This document shows, piece by piece, positions 12,464 to 25,748 of a stretch of 64,000 bases of DNA. Under the pieces are notes generated by a model. It had not been told where the DNA came from. It was given only the letters and a program-made list of their open reading frames with translations, and did not search any database. Both the position numbers and the translations under genes were made by a program. Origin of the DNA: Podarcis pityusensis (lineage: Eukaryota); NCBI GenBank assembly GCA_964106645.2, contig OZ067042.1. The stretch is one strand, 5' to 3'. Within the stretch, counting starts at the first letter, position 1. The number at the start of each line of letters is the position of its first letter.

Positions 12464-15400
12464 GTTGAGATTAGCAGTTTCTGTACTCAGTTGACATTGA
12501 CACTATCTCAGAAAAGATGCTGCTACCACTGCCCCTTAAGAGCCTGATGGCAGTAGAGACCTTGGTGGTGTTTTGTGGACCACATTGTGCCAGCCTTTGT
12601 CACTTGCTAGTCTGTAACACAGTAGTTCCTTGTTCTAATTATTTGCATTTACCCAGAATTTACACATAGTCCTTGGAAGTGTCATGGAGATGGTCAGATT
12701 ATGAGGAAACAGGGGAGGAATTCAGGGAGTTCAAGCTGGATAACCCTGGGGAGGGTCCTGGGAGGATAGGGGAGGTGAACCCCAAAAAGTGTCTGAGCCC
12801 AGGCAGAGGCCGGTAATCAAGGGATTGGAGAGCTGCATCCAGGGGAGAAACCAAGTGGTCTGGCAGAGGAGCTTTACGCTCCTGTGACACCAGGACCTCT
12901 AGTCAGATCCCTCTTGCTGTGGAGTCAGCCCTGGCACTGTCTCCTTCAAGGGAGGAGGCAACTGATGCTGAGCCAGCACCCAACCCTACCTCCATCCCCA
13001 CTGGTGAGGCACTGTTGTTGACAAACTTTGTAAGCCCAACCTATTGAAGAAGTGCCTGTTTGCTTGCCCCATCCCAGGACTAGGCTGGTCATCATGCTAA
13101 GTACTATCCCTCACTGTCCTTCAACAGGAAGATGCAGGGTATGTGTCTTGGTTTACACTTAGCCGTGTGTCTATACCTTTTATGCATCTGTTGTACCTTC
13201 TAACCCGCACCTTGCCTTTTTACCATTCTGATTTATTGATTAAATAGCTCATCAGAAACTGAACTAAGAGTTCAAGTTATTCATCAAGCAGTGAAGGTCA
13301 GGACAAGAATCTTCTTTGTTTTTCTGAAAATAAGAATACATTGCTATACAATGTAAAATTGCACAAGAAAATGTTTGTTAAACTTTATTACCTTGTTTTG
13401 CTTCTCAAAATGTTAAGCCTAGCATGTACTGCTTTTCCTCACCAGCTATTTCTGTCCCTGCACTTTTGCAACTCCTGTCTCCATGCCATGTCATCACTGC
13501 TCTAAGATAATTCTTACATTGCATAAGTCAAGGACTTGCCATCCCATTTCCTTTAGCAGTCCTAGTGAGAACACCTTGGGGAAAGTCTATGCACATAGGT
13601 TTAGCATGAAAATATGCAAAATAGTTTCACACACACACCACCTTCTTGGAGTTCTGTACTTCCCAATTTGTTATGTACAGGTGTAATTTTTGTAGTTGTT
13701 TCATTGTCTGCCTGGTAGTGAATTATAGCGCTGCTAAAATAGTAATTCCACATTACTGAAACTTATGAAGAGCTATATGAGTTTGTCATAGCACTAAAAT
13801 AAATTCACAACATCTGTGCTATATTAAGGAATATTATATAAATCTCAAAAGTTGCAGGATTATATTTGTCCTTGCTTTCTATTATTTTTATCCTGCTGTT
13901 TAGCCTAATAGCATCACTGTGACTTATAACCGAATAAAACAACATCAAAATGTCACAGCATCATAAAAATGGGATCAGTGATGTTGGGACCTACCAGTTT
14001 GGTCTGTGAACAGCAGATATGAGCAGGGCTACAATTTGAAGCTGATAATTTCACTTTAATGAGTTTACTGTGAGAAGGGAATAGAAGAATAAGCAATTAC
14101 TCTTTAAAATGAAATGTTTAACTTAATAGCTGCTGTTGGAACTGCTGAGCGGAAACATCATCTTATATCCATCTGTCATGTAGCTGACTTGTTTGATGAC
14201 TTGAATTCCTGAGTAAACTGGTGTATCCAGGTAGTTCATATGTATTTGTATGTATGTATTTTTTTCTCATGAGATTTTAATGGGTCTGTAGCATGTTCTT
14301 GGATTACATGTAAATGTGTGAGTGACACTGTCTTCAGATTTTGAAGTTTATCAGAAAAGATTGAAGAAACTGGGGCAGTAAAGCACTTAGCATTATGTCT
14401 TGTGTGCTGGCCCCGTTTTAAAGATTTTCTGAGAGTTTCTAGCATAGCTTGCAAGGCCAAGATGGATTGTTTAAATAAGGCTGCTGATGTATTCCAATCT
14501 TCCTGTGGACATGTTTACCTGCTATTAACATGGTATCAAACTACAGTGTTTTGTGGGCAGTGGCCTCTTCAGTCTTCTGTGTGAAAAGCCAGGATAGCCA
14601 GATCAAGGTTTTATATCATTGTATCTACTGTAGTGTGTTGTAATTTTGATGGCAGAAGCTGAAATCCAGAGAAGTACTTCGGGTTTACCCAGGGGTCTCT
14701 GCATGTCCAGTGGAATTCCTGACTCCCCCCACCCTTTGTACAACTGAACCTAAGTCATATCATTACTCTCTAATAGTGACCCTAAAGTGACCTCTAATAG
14801 TGCTTGTAGAGCTAACACAACCTGGAAATATTTATTTCTTCAAATGCCAGTGGAAATGATTTTTGTGATTGTATGAATAAGGCTTATTCTGTATCACAAA
14901 CTGCTTATCAAACTCCCTTCAGTTTCAGAGGAGATTTTGTAGGGGGGATGCTGTTGAGGAAACATGTCTCTTGGTCATGCAAAACTAGTCATAATAGTTT
15001 TCTGGGCTTAGGTGACTGGAAACAGTGTTCCTCGTACCTGTCACAATTGTTCTTCAGTCATATTGATGTCCTCAGTTTGTCAGGAAGAATACTAAAATAA
15101 TTATTAAAATATTTAAAAGAGCAAATGAAGATTGTTTTTGACTGGACTCTGTGCAGAATGTCCAGCTTGTGTATAGTCTGCTTCTTAACTTGGAGAAGGA
15201 AAGTGTGTTCATGTCCTTACAGTTTTATTATACTTCTGACTTAATCTTGCTTGTTATGTTTCATTGAAGATATTTAATTTCTAAAAATAAAGAACCATTA
15301 ATTCAATTACATTTTGCTTCAGTTTTTTAATGACTGAAAGGGGATTGTATCTGACTAAAATCATATGAGTAGAGAGTCAGATACAAATCAGAGCTTTTAG

Positions 15401-15797
15401 AGGGTCACAGAACTTCCTAATTACCGGTGCATCATGAAATGCATTTACCTACAACATTTATATTGTTTCGTTTGTTATTGTGTTATATATTTTTGTATTT
15501 TTATACTGTGATCCTCAGATGAAGGTTGGTATATAAATTCAATAAATAAATAATATCACTTTTCTGCAAGTGTACTCAAAATAATATGTAATTCAAAATA
15601 GTGGCATACAATCTTATGGATATGAAACAAAAAGAAAAAGAAATGAGAGAAAGAGGGAAAATGTTCATGTACCAATCTTGCATAGTGTTACATAATTGTT
15701 TTAATGGCCAGGTGGAATGGCTAGTGAGTGAGATTGAGAACATTCATTACCTTCCTGTCCAGATCAGTAAATACAATGATTTGGTCTGACTGTAAAA

Positions 15798-16230
15798 TAA
15801 GAACATAATAAGAGCCTGCTGGATCAGGTCAGTGGCCCATTTTGTCCAGCATCCTGTCTTCTCGCTGGCTGATCAGATGCCTGTTGGAAAACCTCAAGCA
15901 GGACCCGAGAACAAGAGCACTCTCCCTTCCTGTGGTTTCCAGCAACTAGTATTCAGAATCATGACTGTGTCTGACTGTGGAAGTAGAGCATAGCCATCAT
16001 AGCTAGGAGCCACTGAATTCCATGGTTTAACTATGTGGTATGTAAAGAAATACTTTCTGTCCTGAATCCTCCAGCATTCAGCTTCATTGGATGTCAGTGA
16101 GTTCTAGTGTTACGAGAGGGAGAAATGTTGTTTTCCATCCACGTCATCTCTTACTTGCATTTTCTCTAAATTAAAAAGCCCCAGTGATTCAACCTTTCCT
16201 CTTAAGGTGTTGCTTCATCTCCTTTATAAT
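15798..16230 (-). mobile_element. CR1 LINE 3' end remnant
   Basis: AAGAACATAATAAGAGCCTGCTGGATCAGG...GTCCAGCATCCTG is the reverse complement of the squamate CR1 3' terminus. Confidence 0.75.
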
Positions 16231-16622
16231 CTCTCCATCCCATGTAATCTGGGGAATAGCTGCTGATGGAAACTGTTCTGGGAGAGTTTTGACTGTGTGT
16301 ATGTGTGTGTTTTCTAGCATTCAGAATTTATTTGGCATCAAAATCCCAACCCTATAATGAAATTGATTGTTGGAAGAGTCATGAAATGTCAAGGCTAACT
16401 TCTCTCTAACACTACTGTAAGATCTTAGGAAGGCACTGTACAATCCAGCTTTTGTTTAAAAGTACTTAATAGAAACTCCTGCTATGTTCTAGTGTGATTG
16501 AAATTGGTAGAAACCTTCTACTTCCATTTTAGTAAAATTTGCTTATAATGATAGTGTATAAATGAAAATGTATTTTGAAATATACCACCTATATACTAGA
16601 TGGAAATGGCATAATTAATATA

Positions 16623-17078
16623 AAGGTAAAGGGACCCCTGACCATTAGGTCCAGTCGTGACCGACTCTGGGGTTGCGGCCCTCATCTTGCTTTACTGGCC
16701 GAGGGAGCCGGCGTACAACTTCCGGGTCATGTGGCCAGCATGACTAAGCTGCTTCTGGCGAACCAGAGCAGCGCACGGAAACGCCGTTTACCTTCCCGTC
16801 GGAGCGGTACCTATTTATCTACTTGCACTTTTGAGGTGCTTTCGAACTGCTAGGTTGGCAGGAGCTGGGACAGAGCAACGGTTCGTAGAGGGCCATTAAC
16901 AATACAAGGGAACTCCTCCCCCGCTGCCTCAGGTGGGAGGTTGCCCGAGTAACTGCTCTGGGGGAGGCCAAGAAATTTCTGGGAGCTCACCCCGTCACGG
17001 GGATTCGAACCGCCGACCTTCTGATCGGCAAGTCCTAGGCTCTGTGGTTTAACCCACAACGGCACCCGTGTCCCTTTT
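16623..17078 (-). mobile_element. Sauria SINE, full length, with an internal ~99-bp insertion
   Basis: On the minus strand: tRNA-like head GGGACACGGGTG..GGTTCGAATCCC and ACCTTT tail; 12-bp TSD ATAATTAATATA at 16611-16622 and 17079-17090. Confidence 0.92.
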
Positions 17079-17780
17079 ATAATTAATATACAGTTAATTA
17101 AAAAGGCAAGTGATGGAAGATAACCCGTTCAAGATGTTCAAAGTTTGGATTGAATGTAATCAGCTAGTTCATACTGAATTCTTATTCGCAAGCCCTACAT
17201 TGCATTCCTCTAGTATTAGAGCGATAACAGATAACAGTTGTTGATATATTTGGGTCAGTGCTTAAGAATGCAAACCGTGCTTGGAATGCATTTGGAAAAG
17301 TCTTAAAGATCTTCATATGTTTAGTACTAGATACCGGTTAATGTACACGAGCATGTTGTCATTACACATGTGTCCGTTATTCTGTATGATTTAACAGTTA
17401 AGTCCTTGCCATTACTTCAGAAGGCACTCCATTATGGATATATTGCTTTCCTGTTGCCTGAATTCCATCCACTCCTTATTCTGACTAATGAGTGAATTGC
17501 TGTGTGAAATTGACTAGAGTAGAATGTTAAAAATAATGTAGCTTCTGAAGACTCTTCAGATTGAATTTAAAAGACAGGAGGCTGTGTGTGGGAAGCTGAA
17601 AAGAGACCCCAGAATTAAGAGAGTTAGGAGAAAGGTGCCTGCTAGCTGTGAAAAAAGTCAAGATCTGATTTAAGAATGAATTGAGTCAGGAATAGTTTTC
17701 AATAAATAAAGGCAACGACATCATGGAGGAGAAGCCAAGGAGAAACAAGCTATTGCGAGAATTAAGATAGGGCCTACATA

Positions 17781-17926
17781 CAGTGCTTTTTTTCTGGGGG
17801 GACACAGGAGTACGCATACCCATAAACATTTTGTGAATCTAAGTTTGGCCTCATTGAGGGGCAATATTTCAATATGAGTAGGAAAATGAGAGTACCCCTA
17901 AACATATTTTTAGAATAAAAGCACTT
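17781..17926. mobile_element. hAT-type MITE (same family as 12327-12463)
   Basis: Perfect 8-bp TSD CCTACATA; CAGTGCTTTT TIR; interior shared with the 12327 copy. Confidence 0.88.
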
Positions 17927-19359
17927 CCTACATATAAGGGCATATAGGGTCTACGGACAGGAAGAAATTCAGCTGTTAGCAGCTTTGGAGCCTGTATGTT
18001 TGTGTTCTAGGCCCAAGGAAGTAACACAGCCAGAGAGGCTGCGTTTGAATTCATAAAAATTTGAATTAATTAATTTTCACCAGTCTATATCTTAAAGCAT
18101 ATATTTAACAACTGTAGGTTGATTATTTGTTATCTGAAAGATGGAAACTGCTCTCATGAGGGTGTACCATGAGAGTGTATAGTAAAAATGAAATGCACAG
18201 GTGGATAAAGGAAAAAAAAACCTGCCCTAACAAACCTTCTATTCTAATGATTTTGGAGAGCTTGAAATTTAAAAGCACATCTTGTTTCTTCTTAGTTAGT
18301 TGAAAGTAGAATTTATGGAATGTTAAGGGTGGTACTATCATAATGTTGTAACCATACAATTGTGGCACTGTAAGAATAAACCTTGGCAACATAGGTTTCG
18401 GATATTACTATTGAAATATTTATGACCTAATAAATGTTTTGGAATTTTGCATTGTCAAGACTGCATAGTACAGAATGTACAGAATTTTGCTTTGTGTAGC
18501 TTGAATGCAAGTAGATGTGACATTAAACCAAGAGTAACAAATCCATGGCCATGTATATGGCCCCCAAACTTATTTGACGCTTCTCAAGACCCCCCCAAAT
18601 TCATTTGTTTAATTTTATATTTCTTTATTGACTGCTCCTGTGGGTCCCCCCACTGTAATGTCATGGTGTTAATTGTGGTTTTTTGGGTGCTTTTGCCCTA
18701 AAGTCATTGTCAGCAGAAGCAAGGCTGCATGCCTATCACTATTTTATTCAGCAGTGCTTCTGCAGGGTTCAAAAACCTTCATTTGAAGTTCTTCATGTTT
18801 GTTTTTAATTTGGCTGCTTCCGATTATAGTTGGAAAATAGTGCATCTCTTTGGAGCAGTGTACAACAGCTGAGACATCTCTCGCGAAGCTAAAGCAGCAG
18901 AATTCAAAACACAGTACAGTAGCTATAAATAACTTCAGCAACTTAAAATACATATATACACACACACACTTTACATATATTTCATAAGCATGTCGTCATG
19001 CTATAGTTTGACTGGCCTCGGACAGGTGGTACTGCAAGCTACAGTGATGAGCTGTTGGGCCATTGAGTGAGTGGTCGAGGAAAGGAGAAGGGATCCAGAG
19101 GATATACCGGTATATGCAGGTCCAGGTGATACAGGTCCCGCTGATGTGAGGAGGGAAGTAGTGGATTGAGATGCAGGCAGGTGATTAGGGTAGTAGCCCA
19201 GGTGAAGCAAGGAGGGGAGGGATCCAGATGATGCAGTAGTTAGCTGGTTCAGACAAGCCATGGAGGTATGGAGAGGTCTGAGCTAGTGGAAAGGGGGGGG
19301 GGGGGAGGCTGGCAGGGTTGTTGAGTAAACATCCTAGGGTGTTTGTATGAATACTCAGA

Positions 19360-19362
<3 letters not shown>

Positions 19363-19396
<34 letters not shown>
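19363..19396. repeat. (GT)17 microsatellite
   Basis: Direct read. Confidence 0.97.
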
Positions 19397-19399
<3 letters not shown>

Positions 19400-19584
19400 C
19401 ACATGCACAACACACATACACTGTCACACATGTATTCATATACCTATATATATATCTAGGTGGAGATAAGCATTTGGCATTTTTAGTAACAGCACATATA
19501 CCACAGTTTTATAGAACATATTGTGTCAGTCACTTCTCTCCTATCTTAGGCTTATGAAATCTATTTAAAATATATATTCTGCAG

Positions 19585-19951
19585 CAGGGGTGGAGAAACT
19601 TTGTTGGTTGGTGAGCCAGGTATCTTTGGCTGATGTGTGGGGCCACCCATCTGTAAATCATCTGATGTCATGATGATATCCAGTGACTGATAGGTGGGTG
19701 GGCATGCATGGGGGTGGGACAAAATAGCACCCAGTAGGATTGAATCCTCTGCTCACCAACTGATGAGCAAATGATTCAAAACTGCTGGTTGCAAGGGGTA
19801 TGCTTTGTCCCCAGCAGGATTGAATTGCACTCCCAGTCCATCAGCTGACATCACTCGTTAATGCCAGCTGATTGACAGGTGGGTGTAGGTTGGGGGAAAT
19901 GGACTTGTGTGCCAACTTGGACCCCTTGTGGGCCAGAGTTCCCCACCCTTG
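19585..19951. mobile_element. Degenerate hAT/Charlie-like non-autonomous element
   Basis: Ends CAGGGGTGGAGAAACT / AGTTCCCCACCCTTG; partial 8-bp TSD TTCTGCAG/TTCTACTG. Confidence 0.6.
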
Positions 19952-21298
19952 TTCTACTGCAAAAAGTGGTCTGTAGAGGCAGCTTCTAACAATATCATAA
20001 CACTTTAAAAATAAAATTGAATGGTTGTTTATATTTGAAGACAATTTCCCCCCTCTAAACACTGAAGATACTGTCAGTATTCATTTTCACATTTGCACTG
20101 TCATCTTTTAGATTAGAGAGTTGCACATTTTTTCAGTTGACTATTAAAGGATGTGTCTTGCTCATTATGAAACTATTGATCAAATCATGAAGCCAAGAGC
20201 TAGGAAAAATTACTGAAAATTATGTTGTGCATTAATTGTTGATACATGGCCTGTCTAGGAGTCTGGAGTGATGAAGGAAAGAATGGATTAGGACTATGGC
20301 ATCAAACATACCATGCTGGGGCAGGTGAAGGTTAAAGTTCTTGCCTCCGCTCTTGCCAAAATATACTGTCTTCTGCCCAGGCACTTATACTCCACAACAC
20401 CCCCCCCCAAGCTATTGGAGACCAGTTGCTCAGTTTTCTCCCCCACCCCTTTACTCTATTATTGTGACCACAGGCTATTGCCACATGATCAGAGAAAAGA
20501 TAGTCACACTGGTGATCAAATATGTGGTGATCTTGGGGTGCTGTTCCTGGACTAAGGTTTCACAGGAGTCTGACCAGGTGCTGTTCTTGGGTTTTTAGGT
20601 ATCTCAGGCATTTTGTTATTGTAGTGTTGAAATGCCAGGCTTTCTTCCAAACATATTGTTCTTGTTAGCAGAATGTTCTCTTCAAAGCTAAAGATTCATT
20701 CCTCACTCACATGACTTACAATCATTTCATTTTCCATTTAGAGTATTAAAGACTGATATACATGAAGCAAAAGATGCAATATTGTAGAAATGTAAAAGCA
20801 GTTTATAAATATATATTTAATGTTTACTAAGAGTTGGGATAGACATCATGGTGCCCATCTGATGATGTTGCAGTTATGTTGGCTGCAGGAGTTGCCGGAA
20901 GGTGTACAAGGGACTCCACTTTGGTTTGCTTAGGGTTTACTCCTTAGTGGAGGGAATTGCAGGTTTTAGCATCAGATCAGCCACAGGTTGTAGTGACATC
21001 CAAAGCCAGACAAACTATGGGCAATCGTAAAAATGGTTTTCTGAACCAAGCAAAGTTCAAACAATAATTTCTGAAGATGCTTTGTTTCGCTAACTATAGT
21101 TAAGATTAACCATGGTTTAACATTTGTACAACATGTTAAACTGGTTAAGTGTAAACTGAAGCAAAATAATCTGATGATTTTGTGGCTATGCTGGAAGACT
21201 AGAGTATGGGGATTATGGGATCCTGAGATTTGACCAGCTCACACAGGTAAACCATAGCTTAGTGTTGTGTTCAAGCAAGGTCATTACGTGTGCTAGAG

Positions 21299-21738
21299 CA
21301 GGGACGTCCAACTCCCAATAGACTGCTATCTACTCACAGTATAAAAAACTGGCAGTGAGCTACCCATTGTCGTTTGATGGATCAATGTTGTTGAGCTTTT
21401 TTTTTAGGGAGCAAATGAATGAATGGAACAGAATATATGAATGAATGAAACTGAATGAGCATTGTGATATACACAGAACATAATAAAAAGTTGATTAAAT
21501 AAAACACACAGCTGAGGGTCCTGAATCCGCAGTCAAATAGTGGACCTTAATCTGATGGTCCACTTTTTTTGCTAGGAAGAAAAAGTTGCTGAGCTTTTTT
21601 TTGGAAAGGCAAAGTTGTTCAGCTTTTCTTAGGAAGCCAGAGTGGTTGAGCTTTTTTTAAATTCTTTTTGATTTTTTTATTTTGGGAGGAAGGAGATCCC
21701 TGAGAGACCAGAGATCTACCAGGAACACCCCGTGCCTG
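21299..21738. mobile_element. hAT-type non-autonomous element
   Basis: CAGG...CCTG termini with perfect 8-bp TSD TGCTAGAG; internal repeated GTTGAGCTTTTTT motifs. Confidence 0.8.
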
Positions 21739-22619
21739 TGCTAGAGGATCATGGAATCAGTTTTAATCAAGTGAAGGCTTTAAAGTGTTTTGTATTGGAT
21801 TTAATGAGTTTCTAATATATCATTGAGTGATTATCTCAGAGTCACCCCTGAAAAAGTATCCATCTTTAAGAGAGAAAGTTACAAAAATATTCCCAGGTTC
21901 CTTAGTTTAACTGAGCTGTACATGTTTTTCATTCCAGTTAACAGCCATTGAAATTTTGAAAGAAACCGCTTCTCTATAGCACTCAGAAACATCTCCACAA
22001 GGGAGCACAGTCTTTGACTGACTTTTAGCTTGTTTCACAACAAAGCATTGAATTCAAAGAGGCATTGGATTGAAGGTGGATGATAGGACCAAGGTTTTAA
22101 GATACTGACTTAAGAGAGATCTTTCTTCTGTATATAGTCAGAATCTAGTATATATTTTCTCCAAGATGATCTAAAAACTTTAAAATAGCCTGAGGTGAGA
22201 AACCTCTTCTTGTTCTAGGGTCCCCTGGAACTGGATAATGAGTTATATCCATACTCATTTACTCTGACTTTGACTAATTGGATATTGCCCAGTCTTTTTG
22301 ATATGTATTCATTTTTGTTCAAGTAATGTTTCTCAGCTTGCCTTTAAGACTTTACAGAACAGTGTATCTATTAATAGGCTGTGCATTTTTATATGGCATG
22401 AAAATTTTAACAGTTGTGGTTCATTTTTTTGAATGCAGGCCACATGGAAGTGGCAAAGAAAGAAGAATTCTAATGCATTGTGTTGATATATGTGCAGAAG
22501 TAGCATTAAATTGGCATGAACTATTTTTATATTTTTGTTTCCAGCCTTGAAACCAACTTCAGCCATTACTTTTCAAGTAAACTCAACTTTACATTTTCAC
22601 TTTATTTTACTTTTTCCAG

Positions 22620-22724
22620 TCAAAATGTTATGGCCAGAAACTGCTGACAGAAGTATTTAATCGGTTGAATTTGGTTGAATCGGACTACTTTGGAATTGAA
22701 TTCCAGAACATGCAGTCATATTGG
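22620..22724 (+). CDS. FARP2: FARP2 exon 3 (FERM F1)
   Basis: SKCYGQKLLTEVFNRLNLVESDYFGIEFQNMQSYW; ttccag| and |gtatgt; phase 0-0. Confidence 0.96.
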
Positions 22725-23329
22725 GTATGTAATATGTTTTTATCTGACTATAAACACCTTTAAATAGATGTGTTTTCAACTTTGTTTTTAAAGGAAGACA
22801 TTTGGTAGTTCTACTCTGGTTAAATTTGCACAAAAATTCCTTTAATGTAGGAGAAAGAGGATTATATTACAGGTAAGCAAAGCTGCACCATAGTGATGCA
22901 GCTGCAGTTGTTTCAAATAATAACCCTACACAGTTTTGTTGAATGCTCTTTTTTGGTCCTTCCATTTTTAAAACAAGCACTACCTACTTTGCTTATTATG
23001 GAGCTCTCTTAATTTGAGTGTTTAGTTCCTTTTCAATGAATTTTATTAGTTTTTGCTATGATTCAAACAGAACGATGTTTCAAGAAAAGACACCAAACCA
23101 CTTGATTAGCATTTTTAGAGTTGAAATGGAGTGCTGTATAAATTGGAATCTTGTTTCTACTGAGTAGCATTTGTACTGTATTTTTTGACATAGAATCAAG
23201 ATGTTGTGCTACAAGGGATAAAAGTAAAACGTAGATCAAACAAAGCTGTTTAGGAAGTCCATGACTGGGATCAAGTAATATAACCTTGAGCAATGAAACA
23301 GGCCTGACAATACCTATGACACAAATGGC

Positions 23330-24050
23330 ATAAGGCTTGATGTGAAGTCAACTAGACATGTGCTGGAGTGCACCATTGCACATGTTGTGTGTCAGTGAAG
23401 TTGCATGGACTACAGTGGCTATCCCAATCCATATACTGCCATAACTGGGTAAAGGCACTGCTAGCCACAGAATTCCCTTGGACCTCTAATGACAAAGGTT
23501 TATCTAAACTACATACCTGATTGTTCAGAGAGAGTGCAGTATCTTCAGGATGTAAGTACCTACCCACAGAGCCTCTTTCTTACCAGGTTTCAAACTCAGT
23601 TTGTTGGCCCTTATCCAGTCCACCACTGCATTCAGTCATAGATCCAGGACTTGCACAGCCTTACCTGATCCAGATGTTAAGGAGGTGTAGTAGATATAGA
23701 TGTTAAATAGCACTGGGGACCAAATTGTGCCTTGCAGAATCACATAACACAAGTGCAGGAGGCCATAGAACAGTGTTGTCCCACTGTTACACTCTGAACT
23801 CACCCACATAGGTAGTAACAGTGCTACTGTAATACATTGCCTCCTATACTGATCCTGAACAGTTGATGTAGGAAGATATGGTCAGTGGGGTCAAAAACCA
23901 CTGAGAGATCAAGTAATCGTAACAGTGTTGCATTTTCGCCGTCCCTCTTCTGAGGGTGACAAAGACTGATTCAATCATGAAACCAGGCCTGAACCCAGAT
24001 TGAACTGAATCTAGACATTCAGTGTACTCAAACAACACTTGCCTGATGTA
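23330..24050 (-). mobile_element. Degenerate L2-type LINE ORF2 fragment
   Basis: Minus-strand translation ..ECLDSVQSGFRPGFMIESVFVTL resembles the L2 RT motif LDPFQSGFRPGxxTETAL; broken frames. Confidence 0.7.
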
Positions 24051-24635
24051 CTTCATTTGATGGCAGAATTTGCATATTTAGATGTAGAGTTCTATCTAGA
24101 CCTTTGGCAAAAAAACTGTTTTTTTCTCTTATAAAAAAATATATTTGACATTATTTTTGAAGTTTGCATGAATAAATGCATTCATATACTTGAAAGGAAT
24201 TTCAAGTCATTCATTCTAATCTTTGCCCTCTAGCTTTATTATCTTGGGCAGATTTCATTCAGTCTCCTCACTGAAACCTCCAGAAAGAGTTGCCATAAGT
24301 TTCTTGGGCAAGGGACTTTGTTGCACAAGCATTAGTGTAAATGAATTTTCCTGTGATCCTTCCAAAAGGTGCTCTGCCATAACTAGAACTCAGTGCTTTT
24401 CCTTCATTCGCTTCAGGAAACTTTTTTCTTTCTGCAACTTTTTCCACTATATTTTTCACTGTCTATGTATAGACATTTTGAGGTTTATTCCTTTAGCTAA
24501 AACATTTGTTTAACTGAAATGGGGGTGTAGGGAAGTATTGGTTTACAGGTGCTAGAATTATTTTAGCTGTGTGGTTTTATTTACTGCTGCAGTGTTTGCT
24601 TAATTATTTACCTAAACCCTTTTTTCCTTGTTCAG

Positions 24636-24678
24636 ATTTGGCTTGAGCCTATGAAACCTATAATTAAACAAATACGAA
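24636..24678 (+). CDS. FARP2: FARP2 exon 4
   Basis: IWLEPMKPIIKQIR+1; ttcag| and |gtaagt. Confidence 0.96.
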
Positions 24679-25669
24679 GTAAGTATATATACTATTTATA
24701 TATACTATGCTACTTTATTAAGCTGGAATTTGATTGCCTGACTTTCCGCATCCTGGTACCCTCCAGAAGTTTTGGGCTACAGCTCTCATCATTCCCAGCT
24801 ATCATGGTCAATGGTGAAGATGATAGGAATTTCAGTCCAAGACATATGAAGGACACTGTAGGGGAAGACCGTTCTAGAGATTTGAAGCAAATGAAGATAA
24901 TCTGTTTCGCATGACACACAGGTTCACTTAATCAATGGAATTGGAGAACATTCATATGGAAAACACAAAAAATGAAGTTTTTTTTAAAGTAACTTTACAA
25001 AGTTACATTCCCACTGGGTCATTCAGCAATTCAAATGCTTTGTTTTTAGAAGGTTTTGTTAATTAGTTTTATCCTGCTTTTCTGTTTCAATAATAAAATG
25101 ACTTGTATAAAAAATAAAAATACAACAAAAGTAAACAAAACATTTTAAAATGCTTTAATTAACAGAGAATGCACCTGTTCCACTGTTCCACAGATAAACA
25201 TTTGTTTTCTGGCTGCAATTTCCTTAGAATTTGGATCACTTTAGGAGCTTCATGAGGTCCTATTTCAGTTTTTGATTATGCCAACTTCCCACATTCATTC
25301 AGACCATTTTACTGTTCTTTGATGTTCTTGTATTATTTTGGCTCCCAGTTTTGCCACAATCCCTTTAACCCCTTTCCTTCCACCATTTAGTAATTTTCAA
25401 CAGCTACCTACCACTGGCACTTTAGCTAGTATAGGTTCCTCTCCTGTATTTCAGATCTCTTGCTTAGGGTGTATATTACAACCATGTTTCAGAATTATGT
25501 TGGTATACTTGTTTGGTTGAGTTACTGTATTTAAGTTGAAATGTTCATGATCCATTCAATAAATGCCTAATTCCTATTACCTCACTTTTGAGAGTTGGCA
25601 ATTGGTATTCAAATTCAATGTTTCAACTATAAAGGTAAAAGTTAATAGAATGCATTGGTTTTATTTTAG

Positions 25670-25748
25670 GACCAAAGAATGCATTGCTTCGTCTAGCAGT
25701 AAAGTTTTTTCCTCCTGACCCTGGTCAGCTGCAAGAGGAGTACACCAG
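25670..25748 (+). CDS. FARP2: FARP2 exon 5
   Basis: (R)PKNALLRLAVKFFPPDPGQLQEEYT(R); ttttag| and |gtaaac. Confidence 0.96.
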
